The translations under genes and the position numbers were made by a program. Positions 1 to 11,889 of a stretch of 64,000 bases of DNA are shown here, one piece after another; within the stretch, counting starts at the first letter, position 1, and every line of letters begins with the position of its first letter. This DNA is from an uncultured Fibrobacterota bacterium. Lineage in GTDB: Bacteria > Fibrobacterota > Chitinivibrionia > Chitinivibrionales > FEN-1185. Below the pieces are notes generated by a model. The model ran no database searches. It was not told the origin of the DNA and worked only from the letters and a program-made list of their open reading frames with translations. The stretch spans positions 164,179 through 228,178 of the forward strand of contig CAVWBU010000032.1 in NCBI GenBank assembly GCA_963753345.1. The letters are read 5' to 3'.

Positions 1-12
1 AATGATTCGGCA

Positions 13-252
13 ATGTCCATGCGTGAGACCAAGAGGAAAGCCACGCCCGTGAAAAAGCAGAAGCTCGCGCCGCAGACAACGTGTCCGGTCCGGGGCGATC
101 CGATCAACAAGGACGTGTACGTCGATTACAAAGGCAAACGGGTCTATTTCTGTTGCGCCGGATGTCCGAACGTGTTCAATAAAGATCCGGAAAAATATCT
201 CAAAATCCTTGCCGACCGCGGCGAGGCGCCAATTGATATCCCAAAGAAATAA
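13..252 (+). CDS. YHS/TRASH metal-binding domain protein (frame open at the window edge, may be 5'-partial)
   Basis: TCPVRGDPINKDVYVDYKGKRVYFCCAGC...F.KDPEKY is a YHS-type motif; paralogous to the domain in 6937..7461. Confidence 0.8.
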   Translation: MSMRETKRKATPVKKQKLAPQTTCPVRGDPINKDVYVDYKGKRVYFCCAGCPNVFNKDPEKYLKILADRGEAPIDIPKK

Positions 253-288
253 CGCTAGAATGGAACGATTGGTTGATCGTGCATGTGA

Positions 289-687
289 TTGGAGGCGACC
301 GTGATCTCGTACGGATATGTCAAGGAAGTGGACCGGCCGTTCGAAGAGGTGCTCCAGCAATTGCCGAAGATCCTGGAAAAGGAAGGCTTCGGCGTGGTCA
401 GCACAATCGACATCGGGCAGAAGCTGCGGGACAAGCTGGGCGTTGACTTCCGCAAGTACGTCATTCTTGGTGCCTGCAAACCTCCGAGCGCGTACAAGGC
501 TTTGTCCGTTGAAGAGAACATCGGGCTGATGCTCCCGTGCAATGTCATTGTGTACGACAGAGACGGCACCACGGTTGTTGGGACAATTCGGCCGGAAGTA
601 GTGATGAGAACCATCGGCAATCCCGCTCTGGAGCCGGTTGCTGCCGAGGTCGAGGCGTCCCTCAAACGGGTGTTCGAAGCAATTTGA
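289..687 (+). CDS. DUF302 domain protein
   Basis: GFGVVSTIDIGQKL..KLGVDFRKYVILGACKP...IGLMLPCNVIV is the DUF302 pattern, common in metal-resistance loci. Confidence 0.85.
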   Translation: MEATVISYGYVKEVDRPFEEVLQQLPKILEKEGFGVVSTIDIGQKLRDKLGVDFRKYVILGACKPPSAYKALSVEENIGLMLPCNVIVYDRDGTTVVGTIRPEVVMRTIGNPALEPVAAEVEASLKRVFEAI

Positions 688-710
688 CAATCAGAAGGAA
701 CCTTGTTCCG

Positions 711-2081
711 ATGACAACACTACCCAAAGTTGGTTCAACGCGCTTTCGGAAATCTTTTGGTCGTGCAACGGGCGCGCTATGGTGCTGCTTATTTCTTTCA
801 ACAGCCAGCGTTTTTTCCCAGCAGGACAGCGCGCCTGTGGTGCTTGCGGCCAATTATCAGATCATGAAGTCCCAGCTCAACGGTCTCATTGACGAAGCCA
901 TCAAAAACAATCCAAGCCTCAAAGCGGCCGGGAATAAGATCGATGCGGCAAAGGCTTCGGTACGTTACGCAAAAAGCCTGGACCCGCCGCAGATCGCCGT
1001 TGAGTTTTATAATTCTCCTATAGCCTCATTTCCGAATCCGTTCAAAGATCAAATGGAATACGACTACTCTATCCAGCAGATGTTTCCGTTTCCCGGAAAG
1101 CTCGGCTCCATGGCAAGAGCAGAGCAAAAACGGGCCGGGATGTTCACGGCCGACCGGCAAACACTGCAACAGGACATTGTCCGCAATGTAAAGACACTCT
1201 ACTTTGATTTATATCTGAAAAACCGGCAAGTGGAAATCAATCATGAAACCCGAATGCTTGTCCGCGAATTCGTTGACATTGCGCGAAAGCAATATGAACT
1301 CGGCATGGGCAAACAATCCGACATACTGCGGGCACAGACCGAGCTGTCGGCGCTTGGGAACGACAGCATCGTGCTCGTTCAACAGCGAAGATCGATGGAA
1401 GGGATGTTCAATGCCGTGTGCAACAGGCCGGTAACAACCGAGATCGGCTTTATCCCGGAAATTGAGCCGGAGATGCCGGACTATGATTTGAACTCGTTGC
1501 TTGGCATGGCGGAAAAGAACCGGCCCGAGCTGAAATCCATGCAGTACGATGTTGAAATGAAGCAGGCCGAGCGACTGGCTTCCGGTAAGGAATATTTGCC
1601 GGATTTCATGGTACGCGGGATGTACAAACAAATGACATCGGCCCCAGACGACTGGAGCCTCATGGTTGGCGCCACGGTCCCGATCGCTCCTTGGTCGTTG
1701 GGGAAAAATTCAGCAGGGACTGCCCGCAGCGACGCGAATATCAAGACGGCGCAGGGTGAGCTCGATAACATGAAGAACATGATAGCTTCGGAAGTCAATG
1801 ATGCGCTCTTGAAGGTTGAAAGCAGCAAGGAACGGCTGAGACTAAGCAAGGAAACCACCATTCCGCAAGCGCAGCAGACGCTCATGAGCGCAATGGCTGC
1901 ATACAAAACGGGAAAAGAGGAATTTCTCATGCTGATTGATATTCAAAGAATGCTTGCCATGGCAAAGCTGGATTATCACATGGCCGTCATGAATCTTCTT
2001 GATAGTCATAGCCAGCTTGAACGTGCGGTTGGGCTGAGTATTGAGGAGATCGGACAATCGCCAAAAGGAGGCCGTCAATGA
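711..2081 (+). CDS. TolC-family outer-membrane efflux protein (CusC/CzcC-like)
   Basis: Signal peptide, A..NNPSL, Q.FPFPGKL, Y..G...DILRAQ repeats; first gene of an RND operon. Start placed at ATG 711 inside ORF 537..2081. Confidence 0.85.
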   Translation: MTTLPKVGSTRFRKSFGRATGALWCCLFLSTASVFSQQDSAPVVLAANYQIMKSQLNGLIDEAIKNNPSLKAAGNKIDAAKASVRYAKSLDPPQIAVEFYNSPIASFPNPFKDQMEYDYSIQQMFPFPGKLGSMARAEQKRAGMFTADRQTLQQDIVRNVKTLYFDLYLKNRQVEINHETRMLVREFVDIARKQYELGMGKQSDILRAQTELSALGNDSIVLVQQRRSMEGMFNAVCNRPVTTEIGFIPEIEPEMPDYDLNSLLGMAEKNRPELKSMQYDVEMKQAERLASGKEYLPDFMVRGMYKQMTSAPDDWSLMVGATVPIAPWSLGKNSAGTARSDANIKTAQGELDNMKNMIASEVNDALLKVESSKERLRLSKETTIPQAQQTLMSAMAAYKTGKEEFLMLIDIQRMLAMAKLDYHMAVMNLLDSHSQLERAVGLSIEEIGQSPKGGRQ

Positions 2082-3571
2082 TTCGTACCGGGAAAACCGC
2101 TGCGACAATTCTTGTCTTGGGTCTGGTTGCTATCGGTCTTTCGGGCTCGTTTATCTCGTGTCAGAAATCCCAGCACGCAGCGCAGGCATCTAGCCAGAAA
2201 GTGATTTACCATTGCCCCATGCATCCGAATTACCTTTCGGACAAACCGGGGACTTGTCCCATATGCGGAATGAAACTCGTACCTGCCGGAGGCGTCCCTG
2301 CGTCCGGCCAACCGGGAAGTGCTGCAATCACAAAGGAACGCAAGGTTCTTTATTATCGCGATGCCATGAATCCCTCGCACACCTCGGAAAAGCCGGGCAA
2401 GGCGCCTGACGGGATGGACATGGTGCCGGTATATACGGACGAGGCCGGGGGTGAAGCCGGAGAGGTGAAAATCGACCCCACAACCGTTCAGAACATGGGG
2501 GTGACGACAGAAACCGTAACGCTGCGCGACCTCAAGAAAGAGATCCGCCTTTCCGGGATCATCGACATAAACGAAACGGCGATCAGCGTCGTCAATACCA
2601 AGATCATGGGATGGGTCGAAAAGCTCTTTATCGATTACACAGGCCAGGCGGTCAGAAAGGGGCAGCCGCTCCTCACCATTTACAGCCCCGACCTTGTGAG
2701 CGCACAGGAGGAATACCTGCAGGCCATTCGTTATCTCAAGGGTCTTCCCGAAGGGATTTCTTCCGACGCGCGGCGCGGCGCAGAGCAGCTTGTCGAAAGC
2801 GGTAGGCGAAGGCTTCTAAACTGGGACATTCCGGAAAAGGCCGTTTCCGCGCTCGAGGCGCGCAACGCTCCGGAAAAGGCCATGACCATCTATTCACCGT
2901 CGGACGGCGTTGTATTGGAGAAAATGGTCGCGGCCGGACAGAATGTTATGCCCGGCATGGCGCTTTACAAGGTGGTGAACATTTCGGTGGTCTGGGGCGT
3001 TGCCAACGTGTACCAGGAGGACCTGCCTTATGTCAAGCTCGGAACCGAAGCGACGGTGGAAGTGCCGTCCATCGCCGGAAGGACATTCCGCGGGAAGGTC
3101 CAGTTTGTGTCGCCGGTTCTCGACCCGTCCACCAAAACCGCGGCGGTCCGCATCGCCCTCCGCAACACCGCTGACCTGCTGCTCAAACCGCAGATGTTTG
3201 CGAACGTAGCCATTCAGTCGCCGCTTTCGCGCAACGCGCTTTCCGTTTCGCAGCAGGCGGTCATTCACACCGGTACCCGGAACATCGTGATTGTTTCGCT
3301 GGGCAACGGCTATTTCAAGCCGCAGGAAGTAAAGCTTGGCATGAGCGCCAATGGGTTTGTGCAGGTCCTCGACGGCCTTGCGGAAGGGCAAACAATCGTC
3401 ACCTCCTCGCAATTTCTCATCGACTCCGAGAGCAACCTGAAGAAGGCGGTGAGCCAAATGGGCGGAATGGAAATGCCGATGCCTTCGCCGGAGCAGCAGC
3501 AAGACACCTCAAAACAGGAAAAGCGGCAGTCGCAGAAGGATCGTCAACAAATGAACATGCCGGGAATGTAA
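2078..3571 (+). CDS. cusB: RND periplasmic adaptor, CusB-like, with heavy-metal-binding domain
   Basis: YHCPMHP..SDKPGTCPICGMKL; YY.DAMNP...KPGKAPDGMDMVP; GWVEKL, YSPDLVSAQEEYL, SSQFLIDSES. Confidence 0.9.
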   Translation: MIRTGKTAATILVLGLVAIGLSGSFISCQKSQHAAQASSQKVIYHCPMHPNYLSDKPGTCPICGMKLVPAGGVPASGQPGSAAITKERKVLYYRDAMNPSHTSEKPGKAPDGMDMVPVYTDEAGGEAGEVKIDPTTVQNMGVTTETVTLRDLKKEIRLSGIIDINETAISVVNTKIMGWVEKLFIDYTGQAVRKGQPLLTIYSPDLVSAQEEYLQAIRYLKGLPEGISSDARRGAEQLVESGRRRLLNWDIPEKAVSALEARNAPEKAMTIYSPSDGVVLEKMVAAGQNVMPGMALYKVVNISVVWGVANVYQEDLPYVKLGTEATVEVPSIAGRTFRGKVQFVSPVLDPSTKTAAVRIALRNTADLLLKPQMFANVAIQSPLSRNALSVSQQAVIHTGTRNIVIVSLGNGYFKPQEVKLGMSANGFVQVLDGLAEGQTIVTSSQFLIDSESNLKKAVSQMGGMEMPMPSPEQQQDTSKQEKRQSQKDRQQMNMPGM

Positions 3572-3592
3572 AAACCATTAGGCGGGAAACCC

Positions 3593-6500
3593 ATGCTCGA
3601 AAAACTCATTGAATGGTCGATTAAGAACAAGTTTCTGGTGATCATGCTCACCATCTTCGCGATCGGCGCCGGCGTTTGGGCGATTGTTACAACGCCGGTT
3701 GACGCGATCCCGGACTTGAGCGACGTGCAGGTGATCGTCTATACCGAGTACGAGGGACAATCGCCGCGCATCGTTGAAGACCAGGTGACCTATCCGCTCA
3801 CCACGTCTTTGCTGTCGGTTCCCGGTGCACGAGTAGTGCGAGGGTATTCGTTTTTCGGCTATTCGCTTGTCTACGTCATCTTCAAGGACGGCACCGACAT
3901 CTACTGGGCGCGCAGCCGCGTGCTTGAGTACCTGAACTATGCCCAGAAACGTTTGCCCGCGGGAGTATTGCCCACGCTCGGGCCGGACGCCACCGGCGTG
4001 GGTTGGGTGTACGAGTATGCCTTGACCTCGCCATACACGATCGCTGCAGGAGCTGCGCTCGCTCCAGGACTGGTACCTGAAATATGGATTGTCAAGCATC
4101 GAGGGCGTCGCCGAGGTGGCGAGCATCGGCGGCTATGTCAAGCAGTACCAGGTGACCGTGGACCCGTCGAAGCTGCAGGCGTACGGCATTCCGGTCGGCG
4201 ACATCGAGATGGCGATAAAGAACGCCAACAGCGACGTGGGCGGCGAGGTGATCGAAATGGCCGAAATGGAGTTCATGATCCGCGGTCTCGGATATATAAA
4301 ATCCATCGACGACATCAAAAACATCCCGGTCAAGACCGACATGCAGCGCGGCGTCGCCGTGCGCATCGGCGACATCGCCGATGTGGCCATCGGGCCCGAG
4401 ATGCGGCGGGGGCTGGCCGATCTTGACGGAAAGGGAGAGGTCGCGGGCGGCATCGTGGTCATGCGGTTCGGCGAAAACGCCCAGAAGGTCATCAAGGCCG
4501 TGGAGAAGAAGCTCGAGGTGCTCAAAGCCGGGCATGCCGCCGGACGTGCAGATCGTGCCGACCTACAACCGCTCGGCGCTCATCGAGCGCGCCATCGCAA
4601 ATCTGCGCGACAAGCTCTTCGAGGAAATCCTCATTGTCGCGCTCGTGTGCGCATTCTTCCTCTTTCACGCGAGAAGCGCGTTCGTGGCGGTATTTACCTT
4701 GCCCACGGCGATACTCATGGCCTTTGTTGTCATGCGGATGCAGGGACTCAATGCGAACATCATGTCGCTCGGCGGCATCGCGATCGCCATCGGCGCCATG
4801 GTGGACGCGGCAATCATCATGATCGAAAACGCGCACAAGCACATCGAGGCCGAAAACGCGAAGCCGCCAGAGGAGCGGCTGCCGCATTGGCAGGTAATAC
4901 TGCAGGCATCGAAGGAGGTGGGGCCGCCGCTGTTCTGGTCGCTCCTGGTGATCACGGTCTCGTTTATCCCGATCTTTACGCTCGAGGCGCAGGAAGGCCG
5001 GCTGTTCAAGCCGCTTGCCTTTACAAAAACGTATTCCATGGCTGCGGCGGCGATACTTGCCGTCACCATCGTGCCGGTGCTCATGGGGTATTTTCGTGCG
5101 CGGAAAAATACGGCCCGAGCACGCAACCCGCTCAACCGGTTTCTCATTTCGCTCTATCATCCGGTGGTCAAATTTGTGGTGCGGTATCCGAAATGGGTCA
5201 TCGCGGCCGCAGTTGTCATCATCGCCGTAAGCGTGGTTCCCTTCCTTAAACTCGGCTCCGAATTCATGCCGCCGCTTTACGAAGGCGATCTGCTCTACAT
5301 GCCCACGACCCTTCCCGGCGTTTCCGATAACCAAGGCAAAAGAGATCCTGCAGCAGACCGACAAGATCATCGCGTCGTTTCCCGAAGTCAAACGCGTGTT
5401 CGGCAAGGCGGGCCGGGCCGAGACCGCCACCGACCCGGCGGGCCTTGACATGCTGGAAACCATCATCATGCTCAAGCCCGAAAAAGAGTGGCCCAAAGGC
5501 ATGACGCACGAAAAACTCGTGCAGCAGCTTGACGAGGCGATAAAATTTCCCGGCCTCACCAACGCCTGGACCATGCCGATCAAGACCCGCACCGACATGC
5601 TCTCCACCGGCATCAAGACCCCGGTCGGCATAAAAATCTCCGGGGCGAACCTTGACACGCTGGAAATGCTCGGCAAGGAGGTGGAGACCGCGGTGCGCGC
5701 GGTGCCGTACACGACCTCGGCGTTCGCCGAACGCGCCGTGGGCGGCAATTACCTCGATATCAAGATCGACCGGGTCAAGGCCGGACGCTACGGCCTTAAC
5801 ATTGGCGACATTCAGTCGGTCATCTCAGACCGCGCTCGGCGGCATGAGCATCACCACCACCGTGGAAGGTCTGGAGCGGTATACGGTCAACCTTCGCTAC
5901 AGCCGGGAACTGCGCGACAATATCGAGGCGCTCAAGCGAGTGCTCGTCACCGGCAAGGGCGGCGGCGGTCAGCCGCCAGGCATGGGCGGCCAGCAATCCG
6001 CAATGGGCGGTCTGCAGGTGCCGCTCGGCCAGGTGGCGGACTTCGAAATCAACAAGGGGCCCATGGTCATCCGGAGCGAAGACAGCCGGCCCAACGCCTG
6101 GGTGTTTGTTGACATGCGGGGGACCGACATGGGCAGCTACATTCGTCAAGCCCAGAAGGCGGTGGCTGCAAAGGTGAAGCTTCCCACGGGCTACAGCATC
6201 ATCTGGAGCGGCGAATACGAATTCATGCAGCGCAGCCAGAAGCGGCTTATGGTGGTCATTCCCATGACGCTGTTCATCATATTCATCATTCTATTCCTGA
6301 ATACGAAGTCGCTTGTCAAAACGGCAATCATCCTTCTGGCCGTTCCGTTTTCCCTTGTCGGCACCGTTTGGTTTTTGTATCTCCTCGGCTACAACATGAG
6401 CCTGGCCGTATGGGTGGGAATCATCGCGCTTGCGGGGCTGACGCCGAGACCGGGGTGGTCATGCTCCTGTATCTCGATCAGGCATATGAGGACGCGAAAA

Positions 6501-6760
6501 AAATGGGCGCTGTGACGATATCCCGTCTCAAGGAGGCCATCGACCACGGCGCGGTGCGACGCGTGCGGCCGAAGATCATGACGGCGTCGGTGATCATCGC
6601 CGGTTTACTTCCGATCATGTGGAGCAACGGCACCGGCTCCGACGTGATGAAGCGGATCGCGGCGCCCATGGTGGGCGGCGTCATAACGTCGGTGCTGATG
6701 GAACTGCTGGTGTATCCGGCGATTTATTTCCTGTGGAGAAAGCGGGGAATACGAAGCTAA
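3593..6760 (+). CDS. cusA: CusA/CzcA heavy-metal efflux RND permease, split by several frameshifts (about 4030, 4530, 5090-5125, 5325, 5830, 6440)
   Basis: [65 protein letters not shown] and [17 protein letters not shown] occur in order across successive frames. Confidence 0.93.
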
Positions 6761-6817
6761 GAAGAAATCATATCAATGGGGTCATCGTATGGACGACAAT
6801 TTCGATTTCGATACACT

Positions 6818-6858
6818 CCCGTTCGTGGTGAGCTTGTCGAACCATGAACGCGAACGGG
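6818..6858. repeat. REP-like palindromic element
   Basis: CCCGTTCGTGGTGAGCTTGTCGAACCATGAACGCGAACGGG, a nested intergenic hairpin resembling a widespread REP-like motif. Confidence 0.55.
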
Positions 6859-6936
6859 TGTCGCCTTTCAATGACCGGACTAAGAAACATGCACAGAAAA
6901 AGGGGTGCAATTAGACATTCACAAAGAGGAGGTTGT

Positions 6937-7461
6937 ATGCGTTTCATGAAGATGTGGTCGGCTATCATTCCGGCGGCGGGCCTTGTTGCGATGCTGGCGG
7001 CAACCGGCTCCATGGGGCAGGCAATGCAAGGCATGACGGGCGATACGGCAAAGACGGCGGCCCATGCAAAAAAGCTTAAGCCCCAGGCAACCTGCCCGGT
7101 CACCGGAGACCCGATTAACAAAAAGCTATACGTTGACCATAAGGGAAAAAGGATTTACGTCTGCTGTCCCATGTGCATCGACTCGGTGAAAAAGGACCCG
7201 GAAAAATATGTCAAAAAGCTTGAAAGCATGGGGCAAGGGGTTGAAACGATCAGCGCCAAAACGTTGAAGGAAAGCAAAAGCGCGAAAGCGGACACGTCAA
7301 CCGCCGCTGAAGCAGGCTACTGGACATGCCCCATGCACCCGGAAATCCACAAGTCCGCGCCGGGACAATGCCCGATTTGCGGAATGAACCTGGAGTATAA
7401 AAAGGTCGCCAAAGACGCACCGAAAGCAAAGAGTACGGAAATGAAAGACATGAAGATGTAA
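6937..7461 (+). CDS. Secreted YHS plus heavy-metal-binding (CPMHP) protein
   Basis: GAGGAGG RBS, signal peptide, TCPVTGDPINK..YVCCPMC, then YWTCPMHPEI...PGQCPICGMNL, Met-rich tail. Confidence 0.85.
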   Translation: MRFMKMWSAIIPAAGLVAMLAATGSMGQAMQGMTGDTAKTAAHAKKLKPQATCPVTGDPINKKLYVDHKGKRIYVCCPMCIDSVKKDPEKYVKKLESMGQGVETISAKTLKESKSAKADTSTAAEAGYWTCPMHPEIHKSAPGQCPICGMNLEYKKVAKDAPKAKSTEMKDMKM

Positions 7462-7539
7462 TCAAGGAATGACCAAATGAAATCCTTGAACACGGGATTG
7501 TATGACAACAATTTCTTTTGCCTTCGGTGACTTGCTCAT

Positions 7540-9860
7540 ATGCAAAAAGTTGTGACAACTTCGCTTCCAGCTTCTTCCGTCGACCCAGTCTGCGGAATGA
7601 CCGAGACGCCGCAATGGACGCGATCGTACGTTTACAAAGGCGTCACGTACCGATTCTGCTCAGAAGGATGCCTCGTTAAATTCAAGAATGATCCCGAGCG
7701 CTATTTGAATCCGGTCAAGCAACCTGAGCCTCCGAGCTCCGACGCGCTGGCACATTTTACCTCTGCCCTATGGACCCCGAAGTACGGTCTCCTAAACCCG
7801 GCGCTTGTCCCAAATGCGGCATGGCGCTGGAACCGGAAACGATATCGGTTACAAATGAGAAAAATCCCGAGCTTATCGACATGACCCGCAGGTTCTGGAT
7901 AAGCCTTGCCCTTTCCGCGCCGCTGGTGAGCGTAGCCATGCTGCACATGGCGCCGGGTTTCTTTCCGCATTCCTTGACAAACGCCGCGCAATGGCTGGAG
8001 CTTGCGCTGGCGACGCCGGTGGTGCTCTGGGCCGGATGGCCGTTTTTCGTGCGGGCCAAGAACTCGCTTGTCAACAGAAGCCCCAACATGTTCACGCTCA
8101 TCGGCTTCGGCGTGGCGGTTTCTTATTTGTACAGCGTCATTGCGACGCTGCTGCCCGGCCTGTTCCCAGCCGCCTTCCGGAGCAGCCACGGCGCTGTTGC
8201 CGTGTATTTCGAAGCGAGCGCCACCATTGTCACGCTTGTTCTGCTCGGTCAGGTGCTGGAGCTTCGCGCCCGGCAAAGAACCGGCGACGCGATCCGGGCG
8301 CTCCTGTCGCTCGCGCCAAAAACCGCCGTTAAGCTTTCGGCCGGCGGCGTCGAGGAGACCGTGCCCATTGACAGAATACTACCAGGCGATACTCTGCGAG
8401 TACGGCCGGGCGAGAAAATCCCGGTTGACGGCGTGGTAATCGATGGCGTTACATCCGTTGACGAGTCTATGATGACAGGAGAGCCCCTGCCCGTTCAAAA
8501 AGCCCCGGGAGACCCGGTAATCGGCGCTACGGTGAATGCAAGCGGGTCCGTGATCATGAAGGCAAAGGCCGTGGGCGGCCAAACGCTCCTCGCGCAGATC
8601 GTTGCCATGGTGGCCGCGGCGCAGCGGAGCCGTCCGCCCATCCAGAAACTGGCCGACCGGGTCGCGTCGTATTTCGTTCCCGCCGTGGCGGCCGCGTCGG
8701 TGCTGACGTTTGCCGCATGGGCGCTTTTCGGTCCGCCGCCGGCTATGGCATATGCATTGGTAAACGCAGTCGCCGTGCTCATCATCGCATGCCCCTGCGC
8801 CCTGGGGCTTGCCACGCCCATGTCGATCATGGTCGTCATGGGCAGGGCCGCCGGAGCGGGCGTGCTGTTCCGGGACGCGGCGGCCGTGGAAGTGCTGGGA
8901 AAGGTCGACACGCTTGTCATTGACAAGACGGGAACCTTGACGCGGGGGAAGCCGGAGGTAACCATGGTGCTGGCGGCGCCGGGCTTTTTCGAAAACGACG
9001 TGCTGGGGATGGCCGCCGGGCTTGAGAAGAAAAGCGAGCATCCGTGGGCCGCCGCGATCACGCAGGCCGCTGCATCGCGCGGCATGGCCCTGATCGAAGC
9101 GACAACCTTTGTTTCGACCACCGGACGCGGCGTGAGCGGAACGGTGCAGGGGCGAATTGTGACATTGGGGAATCGCGCCTTTCTGGAGGGCGCGTCCGCA
9201 TTCCCGCCGGAACTGCTTGCAAAGGCCGAGTCTGCGGCCGCGGAAGCGAAAGGCGTGACGTACGTTGCGGTCGACGGCAGGGCCGCGGGCCTGATCGTGG
9301 TGTCGGACACGATCAAGGACTCGGCGCAGCGTGCGGTGCGGGAGCTTCACAAAGAGGGATTGCGCATCGTGATGCTTACCGGAGACAGCGCCGCAAGCGC
9401 ACGGGCGGTCGCCGGCGCGCTCGGCATCGACGAGGTGATCGCCGAAGTGCTTCCCGGCCAGAAAGCCGAGGCGGTGAGGCGGCTTCAGGACGAAGGCCGG
9501 ATCGTTGCCATGGCAGGCGACGGCATCAACGACGCACCTGCTCTCGCGCAGGCGCACGTGGGCATCGCCATGGGAACCGGCACCGACACGGCCATGGAGA
9601 GCGCGGGCGTGACGCTGGTCAAAGGCGAGCTCATCGCGATTGTCCGGGCCCGGCGCCTGAGCCGCGCCGCCATGAGAAACATCAGACAGAACCTTGGGTT
9701 CGCGTTTGTCTATAATTCGCTGGGCATTCCCCTGGCCGCGGGCGCGCTGTATCCGCTGTTCGGGATTCTTCTGAGCCCCATGATTGCCGCCGCGGCCATG
9801 AGCTTTTCGTCGGTCTCGGTGATTTCAAATGCGTTACGGTTGAGGAAGGTAAAGTTGTGA
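7540..9860 (+). CDS. copA: Cu(+)-type P1B ATPase with N-terminal YHS and HMBD domains; frameshift near 7755-7770
   Basis: [60 protein letters not shown] and MSFSS motifs. Confidence 0.93.
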
Positions 9861-10025
9861 AGGGGATGTAAGAATAATAACCTGAGAGACAGGGAGGACA
9901 CGGAGAAAGAAAAGGCAGGTGGTTTACGGTTGATTGAGGAGTTGAGAAGAAAAAAGCGTTGAAAAGCAGAAAATGCAAAGAACAGGTTTGGCTGATTATT
10001 GCGGCTGCCGATTGGCGCGAAACAG

Positions 10026-10225
10026 AGTAATTGACTAAATAGAATTCTGCTGCCGCGCGTTAGGGGCGACCGGAAGTCCCGCTAGAGTGGGATGCCGCCC
10101 GGACCCGGCCGCGTACCCGCGGCATTGGGCCGTGGCGGCCCGAGGGCTTGCCCGAGACTGGAGGGAGAACCGCCCCCAGTGTAGAGACGCCACACCGTGG
10201 CGTCTCTACACTGGGGGAACGCCCA
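10026..10225. repeat. Structured intergenic repeat, copy 1 of 3, containing a GTAG-type perfect palindrome at 10173-10217
   Basis: Shares AGTAATTGACT..TCTGCTGCCGC..TTAGG..GACCG..GCTAGAG..AACGCCCA with 18236-18417; inner palindrome has 21-bp arms and a 3-nt loop. Confidence 0.75.
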
Positions 10226-10243
10226 GATCTTTTTCTTATTTCC

Positions 10244-11695
10244 TTAGAACGTCCCGTCAAGCACCTCCGGGTCCAGAAGCTTTCCAAACGAGAACGTGTA
10301 ATTGAGCTGGAAATTCGGCGCCCACGAGGCGACGTCCGATGCGCGCGGGACCAGGATGCCCATGAAATCGATTCCCAGGCATACCACGTTGTGCTGTGCA
10401 ATAAGCACGGCGATCTTGCCGGCCGGCGCCATGATGTACGATTCGTTCATCGAGTAATGGTCGCTGCCGCCCGCCTCGGTCACCTCCTCGGACTGCCGGT
10501 TCCTCTGCATTCCGGAAACGCCGATGCCGCCCTTGACAAAGCCGTTGCCGAACACGCCGAGCGCGCTGTACTCGAAGAAGGCGTTCTGCGTGGGGTCCTG
10601 GGTGCTCTGGTTGAACGGAATCGGCCACGAAATCCTTCCCCTGAACCCGGTGTTCGGCTTGCCCGCGCGTATGTTGAAGACCCAGTTGAAGCAATACAGT
10701 TCCTTGAAATGCGCGGTCGTGTTGTCGTAGATCCATATGCCTTGATTCGGGTCATAGAACGGCGCCACAACGTTGGTCTCCTGCGCTGCCTTGTTCTGCA
10801 TTATGGCAAGGCCTATGCCCGCGCTGAAATATCTAAATCCCCATTCGTGTTCGAGACTCAGGTAAAGGTCCGGAATTCCTTTTGCCGAACCGGTGAAGAC
10901 GGTGTCGTTGCCCGCAAGCGGCATACCCAGCTTTATCCTCGCCTGTGAGTGCGGCGTGGTGGGATGAACGTAGTAGATCATGGCACCCCAGCGGGACTGG
11001 TCGGTGCCGAGCACTCCCACCGCAACCCTGCCCATGATGCCGACAGCGGGGGCGGTCACCAATCCGCAGTTTGCCGGTTCCTCGGGCCGTTTTTCCGTTT
11101 CCGCCTCGCGTACGGGCGCGCCTTCAACCACGGGGCCGGGTTCGGTGACTGTTTCCTGTGCACGCCTTGGCGCGGAAGCAACGGACCTCGGTGCTTCCGA
11201 AGGCGGAAGCACGGCGCCGGCGATGTCATCGGCAACGCGGCGCGGGACGTCGGTGTAAAAGTCTTCTATGGCGCCCCGGTACTGGTAGTCGCGGAACAGG
11301 AGGCGCCGCTTCTCCTTGACATTGTAGAGCGAAAGGGTGAAGGTGAAAAGCGTGCCGATTTTTCCGAGCGAAGCCGATGCCGCAAACGCGGCCTGAGCCT
11401 TTTCGCCCGCGGGGATGACGCATTCCGCGCTCATGCATTCGCCGCCTGCGTCGGGCCGGGCTTCCTTGAATGCGGCAAGCGTTTTTGCCTTGTCGACCAC
11501 CTGCAACTGCCCGCTTGCCGCGCATTTTGCCCTCACGGCATCGGCAATCAGGGAGGCGTCGTCTTCGGTGACGCCCGTGGCCTTTATGGGCAGCAGGCAG
11601 ACCGACTGCGGGGCTGCGGGAGAAACCGGGGATTGGGCGAACAGCGGGACGCAGGCAAGAGTAGCCCCGATACAACAACGCAGAAACGGCTGCAT
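10244..11695 (-). CDS. Secreted hypothetical protein, N-terminal CsgG/HfaB-like domain and probable beta-rich C-terminal domain
   Basis: Signal peptide; EC.SAECVIPAGEK...SLGKIGTLF resembles the N-domain of 13576..15138; C-terminal Phe. Confidence 0.6.
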   Translation of the reverse strand: MQPFLRCCIGATLACVPLFAQSPVSPAAPQSVCLLPIKATGVTEDDASLIADAVRAKCAASGQLQVVDKAKTLAAFKEARPDAGGECMSAECVIPAGEKAQAAFAASASLGKIGTLFTFTLSLYNVKEKRRLLFRDYQYRGAIEDFYTDVPRRVADDIAGAVLPPSEAPRSVASAPRRAQETVTEPGPVVEGAPVREAETEKRPEEPANCGLVTAPAVGIMGRVAVGVLGTDQSRWGAMIYYVHPTTPHSQARIKLGMPLAGNDTVFTGSAKGIPDLYLSLEHEWGFRYFSAGIGLAIMQNKAAQETNVVAPFYDPNQGIWIYDNTTAHFKELYCFNWVFNIRAGKPNTGFRGRISWPIPFNQSTQDPTQNAFFEYSALGVFGNGFVKGGIGVSGMQRNRQSEEVTEAGGSDHYSMNESYIMAPAGKIAVLIAQHNVVCLGIDFMGILVPRASDVASWAPNFQLNYTFSFGKLLDPEVLDGTF

Positions 11696-11889
11696 GGATT
11701 CCTCCTGTGAAAAAAGGGTGCATCAGACAATATAAATGTTTCCGGATTGGCAAGCACACTGGTAAAGACCCGCAAGCCGCGCGGAATCGCTCATGAGAAG
11801 ATGAGGGACAAAGGTGACGGCCCTGGCCGCTATCGTATATTTTTGATAATCCACCGGGGCGTGGGCCCGGGTCAATCCCACAGCGAGCG

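Noticed and set aside
3593-9860. Multiple frameshifts in cusA and copA as programmed recoding or pseudogenisation
   Set aside because: Small indels at scattered sites with otherwise conserved motifs; the same pattern hits GH10, sigma and FecR. Uncorrected sequencing error is the simplest reading; read-level polishing would decide.
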